64,000 bases of DNA, from the NCBI GenBank assembly GCA_051294375.1, contig CM119263.1, forward strand, positions 10,686,703-10,750,702, written 5' to 3'. Each line of letters starts with the position of its first letter. The stretch's first letter is position 1. Origin of the DNA: Paraspadella gotoi (taxonomy: Eukaryota; Animalia; Chaetognatha). A program made the position numbers and the translations under genes. This document shows, in pieces, positions 53,585-64,000 of the stretch. The notes beneath the pieces were generated by a model. That model had not been told where the DNA came from. It worked only from the letters and a program-made list of their open reading frames with translations, and did not search any database.

Positions 53585-54417
53585 CTTTCTTTCCCTATTT
53601 TAAGACGAATCATTGCTCAATTGCTTGACATCTGATGTTATTGAAAAATCAAAAATCAAAAATCAATCTCATTGATTTTCTAACTCTGTACTAATGCTTT
53701 AATATGGATTATTTAATTAAATTAATTAATTAATTTGTTTAATTAAAGAAAGACGAACTGAACGAGATGCATGTTACGTCTATCTTTCTCACCGGCGTCA
53801 CAGTGATATCGCGAGTCTTTGGTGAAACTGGAAGATAACATCCTTGCCAACCACTATTATCATTCTGTCTCTAATCTCTATTCGAGTTTTTTTTTTTCAC
53901 TCGATCTCGATTGTCGATCCAGATTCTTGAGTTTCGCTCCCAAAGTCTTTAGTCTCGAATCCAGAGTCACGCCCCCTTAAACTGTTTCTTGGCAAAAATT
54001 TGGTTTCCATCTTCGCGAAGAGAATAAACTTGACATCTGCCGTGAAGATTGTCGTCTTTGTCATTTTCGTCGTCGTCGTCGTCGCATGTAGCTTTATTCT
54101 TGAATCGTTTTAACTATTTCTGGCGTCTTAAAAATTGACGGCCACGACGACAACGATGAAGAAGAAGAAGAAGAAGAAGAAGAAGAAGAAGAAGAAGAAG
54201 AAGAAGAAGAAGAAGAAGAAGAAGAAGAAGAAGAAGAAGAAGAAGAAGAAGATGATGACGACGATGATGACGATGATGATAATTATAATGAAAAGGTTGA
54301 TCTTCCCGATTTAGCTGGAATTACGATGTTAGTGACGAGGACGACGAAACGACGACGATGACGACGACGATAACGACGACATCGATGAGGGAATTACGGA
54401 GTCTTAGAAAAAACTGA

Positions 54418-54505
<88 letters not shown>

Positions 54506-55989
54506 TTTCCACGCAGCATCGACGACGGCCATCGTGTTGATTCACGTCTTAAGAGTTGAGAACTCCGAGAAAAGAGTTGAGATCCGCTAAGTCGAAAATC
54601 AACTACGTTGATTTTGTTTGGGAAGCAAAGGAATTGATTCTTTAGGACTCAACCAAGAATGTGGAGGTGCGGAAAAGTTGAACGGACATGAGAAAAAGGG
54701 GAGGGAGGAATGAGAAAGAAGAAGGCCGAAAGAATGAAAAGAACAAAGGAACGAAGGATGGAACGAAGGATGGAACGAAGGATGGAAACGAACGAACGAA
54801 CGAACGAACGAACGAACGAATGAACGAACGAACGATGAACGAACGGAACGAACGAACGAACGAACGAACGAACGCACAACGAACGAACGAACGAAACGAA
54901 GACGAACGACACCGAAAACGAAACGATACGAACAACGAAACGAACCAACGAACAAACAAAAACTTTGTGACGAACGAAATTAACTGCCTATGAATATCCG
55001 AGTGTTTTATTTATTGTTGTTTTTGTTTGGGTGTCTGTGTCTTTGTAATTTGGTTAAAATTTAGCGATTGGATACATGGAACCAGGTAACTTTTGTGGGA
55101 AAGGCCGGCTTATTTTCCTCTTGAAAATCCAATCCTCACTCTGGAGTCTCGGGCCTCGAGTCTCGAGCCCACCCATCGGAAAATGGTTTCGGATTTAAAT
55201 TCCACAACGACATCTTTCGCTCTTAAATATTCTTTTTCTTTCGCGTCTCGACGCAGAGGTGAAAAAAAAGAGGCAAAAAAAAATTGGGAAGTTCAGAAAA
55301 GCGAAAGGGAAAAAAAAATCTCCGTTTACTGTCTTCTCTTTTTTTTTTCCTTCGTCCAAAGCCACGGGCGGTCTGCGCCTCTTCACATCTTCAAATCTAC
55401 ACTTTTTCACATTTTCTTTCTTTTTCTTTCGGTTTTTTTTTTCAGAAAGAGAAACTCGAATTTTTTGTCATCTGACTTTCTTATTTGAGAAAAAAAAATT
55501 TTCTTTCGTCTCTTTTTTCGTCGTCGGTTTTCTTTCTTTTCCATTAATATTTCTTCTTTCAATAGTTTTCTTTGTGCAGTTTTCTTTCAATATCCTTTTT
55601 TTTCCGTGGGAGAGAGAGAGAAGGCTCAATGTGAGAAGATAAAAAACACATGACTCTATATTTGAAAAGGATTTGTAAAGGTTGCCCTCGATTTTCGTCA
55701 ACCGTTTTCATTCAAGAATTTTATCATTTATTTCAAAAAACTTAAAATTAGTCTTAAAATACTTTTAAAACCGTGTTAAATCTATAGACAGTCAAGGTTA
55801 TATTTTCCGCATTTGCGACGCTACAGAAAGGTCGGACGGACTCGTTTTAGAAGTTAACTTCATCGTGGTCAATTTTTTTTGCCAGAGTTGTATGTAGTAT
55901 CTGCTGCAGACTTTATTTTTGAAAAAAATATCTTGTTATGGTCACCATTTTTCCCGGTCGTTAAAGTCTCCCATCTCAGGTGATCCTTG

Positions 55990-56252
55990 TCATCCCTACT
56001 CGCGGATCATTGCCTTCTGTACCTTTGCTAATGGTTCGTCCTCCCTGCATATAAGATGTCATCTCTGCATAGCCTAACATCTTCTTTGTCATCTCTACTT
56101 GTGGATCATCGTATTCCTTATCCTAACATCGTCGTTGTCATCTCTAATCATGGGTCGTAGCCTTCACCATCCTCATATCGTCGTTGTCAACCTCTACTCG
56201 TGGGTCATCCTCTTCTCTATCCTCAAATCGTCGTTGTCACCTCTACTCGCGG
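55990..56252. repeat. Degenerate ~40-60 bp tandem repeat
   Basis: Recurrent TGTCA(T/C)CTCTACTCG(C/T)GG(A/G)TCATC...ATCGTCGT units. Confidence 0.65.
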
Positions 56253-57382
56253 GTTTGCTCTGGTGCTTCGTACGTCAATCCTCGCCAAATCGCCTCCATG
56301 TTGAGTCAGGTGGCGGGAAAAGTGACGGGGATTAGATCCACTTAACTAGATTCTTCTCGCTCCTCCGAAAAAAAAAAATCCTTTCTGGAAAAATAAAGAA
56401 TAAAAAAGAAAAAAAAGTCGTCGTTTTATTTCACGTCTTGTAGTTTTAAATGTCACTCTTTCAATTTCGTTTTTACATTTTCGCATAATGTAAAATTACG
56501 TCTTTCTCTCCGTTAATGTTAAAATATATCGGAAAGCAGGGAGACTTCTGGGTGGCGAAGTCAATTTTTTCATTGTTCGTCAATTAAAAATATGTTGCTT
56601 GCAAGTGAAATGAAATAAATAAATGAAATGAAATAAATAAATGAATAGATTTTAACGAATAAAGCCAAGCCGGTGCTGCGATAAAAGAATCTATACGCGT
56701 CTCACGAAAAAAATGAATAAGGCAAATTAGAATAAGTTGATGCGTATTAGAATCACAATCGCTCAGTTTTATCGGCATTTTAAATACTGAGAGAGATTTC
56801 TTGCGTGTGACTTAAGGGGATACAGAGTAACGAAGAATTTGCATAATTCCGGGATCAGGGAGGGGAACTCGATCAAAGAAAAAGAAAAAGCCAAGGAATA
56901 AAAACGATAGGAGACAACAAAAAAAATAGAAAGAGAGAGAGAAAAGGTTCAAAATTAAATATATATCCTCTTGGCTTTTATTATGCAGTATCGTCGCGGA
57001 GGAAGGCTTTACCAAAAAAAAACAAAAAAAAAAGCCAAATAAAATATTAGCGAAGGCGATGGAAAGACGCTTGAGTTTCTCCATCCACGATTGGAAATCC
57101 GTCCGTTTATCCGTTAGTCCGTTCGTCCGTTCGTCCGTCCTCCGTTTCTCACCCCGTCGCTCACGAAAGAAACCTTTCCCCCCCCTAATCCCTGTCTCCG
57201 AATTCGGGAAATTTAATCGTTGGACGGAAAAAAAAATAATAATCGATGGATGAAGGAAAGAGAAAAACTCGTGGAATGGGAGGATCGATTAAATTTCGTC
57301 CCAAGAATCGAATCCACGCAATTTTCTTTTCACTTTTTTCCTTTCTCGCGACGAAAGACGTCAAATGTCGGAAATTTCATCT

Positions 57383-57416
<34 letters not shown>

Positions 57417-58250
57417 TTTCGATTGTGAATCAGAGAAGCGTCGCGGTGATGTGAGGGTTTTTGTGAAGGCGACTCGACAGTCCGTGACGGCGATCGTGAC
57501 GGTCCGTGACGGTCGCCGCCCTGACGACCCAAATATGAAAATATTCCCCAAAAAATTAGGAAGGGAAATTATTCGCAATACAGGGCGGCGATAAATCTTG
57601 GGCTGCCCGCTGGAGCCAATGCTGCTGCTGTTGCTCATGCTGCTGCTGTGGCTAATTCTTATGAGTATTATTATAATGGAGATAAGTTGATGATCGTGAT
57701 GATGACGAGGATGATGATGATGATGATTGTGATGATGATTTTGACATGGTGATGATCAGGATCATTATGATTTTTTTTATTATTATTTATTTAATATATA
57801 AAATATATAAAATTATTTTGTCATTTTGACGACGATGATGACTAAGTCGATGCGAATGACGATGATGATTGACGAGGATGATGATGATGATTAACGATGA
57901 GATGATGATGATGATGATGATGAGGATGATGATGATTGACGATGAGATGATAATGATGATGACGAATGAAATGACATTGATGATGTTTCCCAATCCGCAA
58001 AACAGCTTTAGTTGAAAGAAACTATTGCATCTGCGACTTTTTCTCTTTTCCTTCTTTCCACTTTTTTTTCTTTTTTTTTCTTTTTTTGACAGACTCCTCC
58101 TCCCTTCACTCCTCCCCCACCTCCTCCTCTTCCTCTTCCTCTTCCTCCTCCCGCGATTCCGATCTCCTCTAATTTTCCCCTTGTTAGTTTCACTTCGCCT
58201 CACATGAAAAGGAAAAAGTTTTTAGAGGGGGGCGGAAGAAGTAGGAATAG

Positions 58251-58345
<95 letters not shown>

Positions 58346-58417
58346 CCGGAGGCCGTCATGGGAGCGACTTTGTAGTTGAGAAGGAGCTTCATTCATTCTT
58401 CATTGCTTTATGAATTA

Positions 58418-58546
<129 letters not shown>

Positions 58547-59251
58547 CCCAGCGTCCCTAGATAAACTTCCCGATAGTGATTTGTTTTTTAAAAAAGTACA
58601 GTCATATCACGCTTACATTGTAATTTGTCCTTTGTACTTTCTCTTTTCTTTGGTGATGACGTTGACAGCGACGAAGAAGACGACGACGACGACGAACACA
58701 ATTACGATAACAGGATTTCGCGAAACGAAAAAAAAATTCACGAACTCATCAATTATTCCCATAACAAGTTGTTTTTCCATTATGAACAAAAAAGGAGAGA
58801 AAGAAGGAAGAGAGAGAGAGAGAAGAGACGAGAGAGGAAGACGACGAGAGAGAGAGAGAGACGAGAGGGTACCCTCTCTTTGAGCAGCCATCGCCCGAAG
58901 AATCAATAAGATCCAATAATCCGCCAATGACCCTCGAGATTTTCTTTAAAGGATGTCATGGCCGAGCGAAACCACGTAAAACTTTGTCTTTGTCATTGTT
59001 TATATTCGTGTCATCGTCGTTGTCATTTTTCTGTCTCGATAAGTTTTTTTTATGTTTCGCGTCATTTTCAATGTCCTTTGGGTTTTTTTTTAGGTCTTCT
59101 AATTCGAACACTGAAAGTGACGAATGATCACTGAAAGGCAGGGGAAAAAAGAAGCTACAATCTTGTTGACACCGGGATTATTTGGCTAAAAAAGAATTTC
59201 GCTGGAACTGTTGCAATGTTTTTAAAATTTATTAGTTTTGAGTGAAAAAAG

Positions 59252-59341
<90 letters not shown>

Positions 59342-59636
59342 CAGTCGGGAAGACCGCAATAAGAGCAGAATGCGGCACCGAATTGCGGCAGATTGAGAGT
59401 CCATGTGGTTTTTTGGTCGAGAAACCAAATGAAGTGAGACGGAAAAGAAAAAAGGAAAACTTTTTCGAGAGTGAAAGTCTATTGAGTCGTCGTTGTTGTT
59501 GTTGTTGTTGCGCTAACGCGACTTCAAAGTTAACTGAGGAGGAAACCAAAGGAGAAATGGAGTTGGGGGAGGACGAAGGACCGAGGAGAAAGGACTTGAG
59601 AGTCTCATACCCCCGGGGCCATAGTCGACCGCTGAA

Positions 59637-59716
<80 letters not shown>

Positions 59717-60451
59717 AGTGGCCCCTAGGGGTTATTTTCAAACGTCCAACGGGTGTCGTCGTTAATGAGGTCGTCGTCGTCGTCGTCGTCGTCGTCGTTC
59801 GTCGTCGTCACCCTCGGTTTTTATTATTTCATTTCCAACGCGAGGACGGATTTTTATTTACGACAAACGCAGAGATTGACGTTGTGGAAATGAAATGAAA
59901 TCAATCAATCAATCAATCAGTCAATTAATCATCAATCAATCAATCAATCATTTAATCTAATCAATCTTGTAATTGTTAATAAATTTTTTTATTCTTTTTA
60001 ATATTTTGCCGTTGTTGAGGATAAAGACGGAGAAGAGTTGTGAAGAGGCAAAAATGAGGAGGAGGAGGAAGAGGAGTAGGAAGAGATGATGATGATAGCG
60101 GATAGAATTTAAGAAGAGGAAGAAAGAGAATTATAATAGTGTGTAAGAAGAAAGTGGATAAAAAAGGAAAATAAAAGGACAAAAAAAACACGAAAAAAAC
60201 GAAGGAAATCACTTGGACGACGACGGAACGAAAGGCGAATCAAAAATCGCCGCAGATCGCCGTGATTCGCCGCGACGATCGCCGCGATTCGCCGCTCCGT
60301 TCGCCGCGCCATATGGAACCTCACGAAAAATGGATGAAAAATAACAAAAATTTGCGACGAAGCGAATGAATCGATTTGGATTTTCGGCTGATTGGCTGAG
60401 TCGGCTGACCCATGAAAACGAATATGACAACCAGATTGCGGCTTATGTCAT

Positions 60452-60517
60452 GTTTGAATCCCTGTAATAGATTGAATATGTCATTTTTAGTCGGATCTGT
60501 TCACAGTAGATTCCGGC
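60452..60517 (+). ncRNA. Candidate pre-miRNA hairpin, miR-10-family-like
   Basis: ~22-bp imperfect stem with a 15-nt loop; 5' arm UCCCUGUAAUAGAUUGAAUAUGU shares CCCUGUA and GAAU.UGU with miR-10; G-U pairs favour the + strand. Confidence 0.5.
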
Positions 60518-61258
60518 TCTATGATTCACTATGTCGGTACGTCGGTCCAACCCCAAAAACTTGTCGGTAAGTCACCGATATCATGTAAGAATATCAAATT
60601 AAATTCAGCAAAAAAAAACCTATGTCAATCCGTCCGTATGTATGTCTGTCTGTCTGGCCGTCTGTCCATACGTCCCTCCTTAGCTTTGAACGCCAATTTA
60701 CGCGACTTGAAATTTTATGTGTGGGGAAATGATGTTTTGATGGAATCGTCGTGTGAAAAGGAGTTTAAGTGGAAAAAAAACAAAAATACTCTTAACTATA
60801 TAGTTTTCCCTTTTTTCTTTTCTATGAAATGTAAATGCATGTTGCAATAACAACTACTACAGTTATAACAAACACTAAAATCAAAACTACCACCACAATA
60901 ATCACTACTGCCATAACCACCATAAAAACTAAAATGATCATAACCTGTATTATGACCAGATTTCAAGATTAATTATAACTTAATATCTGATTCGCTGATT
61001 ACCGCTAAATGCCCGCTAATTGCTCAAACTTGTTTATATTGCTCGTCAGCTTTTTGGACTTTCCTGCCGGTTAGTTTATCGATTAACCACACTTTCAGGT
61101 TCTCAGAAGAAAAAGAAAATGGAAAAATCCATTGACCTTAGGCTTAGGTTGTTAATTAGTTTCAGTTATTTTTTTTCGTTCAAGAGTGAAATCCCAAAAA
61201 GTCGCCTTCCAAAAGTCAGACTAAAGTGAAAAGGTTGAAATTTTTCTTAGGTTCGTTT

Positions 61259-61307
<49 letters not shown>

Positions 61308-61320
61308 CTCTCTCTCTCTC

Positions 61321-61359
<39 letters not shown>

Positions 61360-62393
61360 ATTTAGCTCGCGCTGAGGATTAAGAAAAGCCATTTCGTGCC
61401 AATTCTATGTTCCATGAATTTTTAAAAAAATATTTTCGACTACAAAAAAAATTGATTTTCCCCCCTAGTTTTGTACATTTTTCGGCGAACAGCGTGTACA
61501 TATACAGACCGATCTTTAAGGAAAGTAATAGAATTTTGAAAGAGATGACGACGAAAACGACGAGAGCAAAATGATAAAGAAGAAGACGACGACGACGACG
61601 ACGACGACGACGACAACGACGGTATCGCATTTCAGTTCCATCTTCCCTCGAATCATCTTTTCCATCTTTTCGCACCTTTCTCCGTCCCCCCCACTTTCTC
61701 TCTCTCCCTCCGCTCCGAAGCAGCCTCACCTCTCACCTACCCCTCCCTACCCCCAAAAACCTCGCCCGTCCCCACCCCTCCGCTGCGGTCACCTCCGCCG
61801 CTCCCGAGTTCACCCCCGGGGAGAGTGAGGCCGTGAAAAAAAAAGTTTTCCCGCTCGACAATCGAAGATCCTCACCTGTGCAAACTTGATGGGAAGATGG
61901 AAACGCTATGACTCGAGGAGGAGGAGGAGGAGGAGGAGGAGGAGGAGGACGCCGACGAGGAGAGAAGAAGATGGGGAGGAGAAAAAGAGAAGATGCGAAA
62001 AGCAAAGAGGGAGGATTTTTGACTTAGTTTCTGTTTGGTTTGAAGAAAAAAAAAAGGTAAGAAAATAGAAGAGACTCGAATGTGAGGGAATCGGCGCTAC
62101 AATATTGGCGGTGACGGGTGATGTTAAGATGCTACGGGTGAGTTATGGTTGGGGTCATCGGGGGTAAAATGTTAGCCTAATAACGCTAGATGCTATTCTT
62201 TAGGATAAACGGACGTTTGGATTCTAACGCGGTTCGCACGCAGTTCACACGCGGATCTCACGCTGCGTATCTCGCCCATTGCACGCACAAACAAATATCC
62301 AAAACCCAGTTCGTGCTCAGAGTGAAGAGAGAAATTTGAAACAAAAATAGAGAATCGACCAGAATAAATAGAAACGTAAATACGAGAAGGAGT

Positions 62394-62494
<101 letters not shown>

Positions 62495-62785
62495 ATGTCA
62501 AAAAGCTGTGATGTCTCTTCGTCGGTGAGAGGGAGGAGAAGATCATGATACCCTGTCCCCCTGGCGAGATTATTCTTCTCCCTTTTCTTCTCATCTTTAT
62601 TTCATTTTCGAGGGTAAAGTTGCAAAAAACAAATTGTGGGGAAAAACGTCGACCTTACCATCGCTGTCGTCGAAATTATCGTCGTCGTCTTCGTCGCCGT
62701 ACTCGGAACCATCTTCGTTTTATCTGCGCATGTGTGAAGAAACTTAATCGTGGATCCGAACTTTTAAAATTTCCTTTGACGAAAA

Positions 62786-62824
<39 letters not shown>

Positions 62825-63164
62825 ACACTCGTTACTTTTCAAGAAACCTTTTTTTGTTCTGGGTCTTCATTCTGGAAAAAGTTGACTGGCTTCGCGAGTG
62901 AGGCGAGGTGATGGAAGGATCCAAGGTGAGGCGCGAGTAAACATGAGAGGAAAGTTAAAACTCGCCCAGAGACACGCTGTCTAGTTGGTACGAGGCGGGG
63001 AAGGCGGGAGGGAGGTGGCGGTGGTAGAGGGGGGTTGGTAAAGGTTTGAGGGGGCGGAGTGTAAAAATGAGAGAATCTTTTTTTTTCGCTGTCTTCGTTT
63101 AATCGTTTTCAAAAGTGTCGAATTTCATGAAATTTTAAGTATTTTCAGAAATAATTAAATCTCC

Positions 63165-63237
<73 letters not shown>

Positions 63238-64000
63238 TGATCAATGATTGACATTCTTCCATGTCACACGCGAAGTCTAAACAAAAGGGAATCGAAATTA
63301 AAGTTAATCCGCAAAATCTCTTTTAATCGACTCCTTTGCGTGCGAGAGAAAGCAGCTAGGGTGAGGCGTTGGGGCGTTGGGTCATGGGGTCATGGGGAAA
63401 AGGGGGAGTAAAAAGAAAAGAGGGAGGAGATGGGAAAAGAGTCACGAGATGAGTGAAAGAGAAAAATGAAAAAAGTCTTTTTTTTTTTAAATTGATCAGA
63501 TCCAGGATCCCGTGATCCCCATTTGCCCCAAAATCATACGACAAACGCTCGCCCAGACCCTTTTTCAAAAATGGAGAAAGATGTAACTTACCTATTTGCA
63601 CTTTTCAGCTTTGCAAACGCCCGGGGTTAAATTTAAAAATAAAAAAAAATAAAAATCTCAAAGAATGGATAAAAAAATTTAAAAAAAAAAGAGGAAAAAA
63701 TTTTTACGATTTTCTGGTGGAATTTTGTAGGCTGGTATTTTACGGTGAGAGGCAAATAAGGATTGTGTTTGATATTTCACTAACTCACCTCGAAACTTGT
63801 GCCTCTCGAATGATTTCTAAACTTTTTCCAATTTCGCGCCCGCCCTTTTTATAACAACCACGAGAATTCCCCCGTATTTTTTTCCCCTCAGTATCGTTTT
63901 TGCTCTTTCAACTTTTTTTTTAATCACCTTCTGTCCCGTCGGTGAAAAGACGCCCTCTTTTTGCGTCAATTGATTTTGGAATTCGATTCTCTTTTAAATT

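Overview
Eukaryotic (animal) genomic DNA with AT-rich introns and GC-richer exons. The first ~34 kb is gene-dense. It holds a single-C2H2 zinc-finger ORF, PP1 catalytic subunit (beta-like), an ALDH1/2-family dehydrogenase, an SLC13 carboxylate transporter whose GC-AG intron hosts a nested antisense ELMOD-like gene lacking the GAP arginine, tektin-4 with an RFX X-box, and an SLC5 (SGLT-like) transporter. At 44-46 kb lies a condensation-domain (HHxxxDG) acyltransferase whose splice acceptor is tandemly amplified 7 times in frame. The rest (35-44 and 46-64 kb) has no recognisable CDS and is saturated with microsatellites; it contains a miR-10-like hairpin and promoter-like motif clusters. The strongest non-gene signal is a Penelope-like retroelement family with five minimal type I hammerhead ribozymes in four insertions, each bounded by a 12-14 bp target-site duplication. 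One insertion keeps a GIY-YIG C-terminal remnant between ~520-bp inverted pseudo-LTRs. A miniature LTR element (TRIM-like) plus a solo LTR, a TTAA-flanked MITE and a putative tRNA-SINE are also present. Gene models and structures were derived by eye; no searches or folding programs were run.
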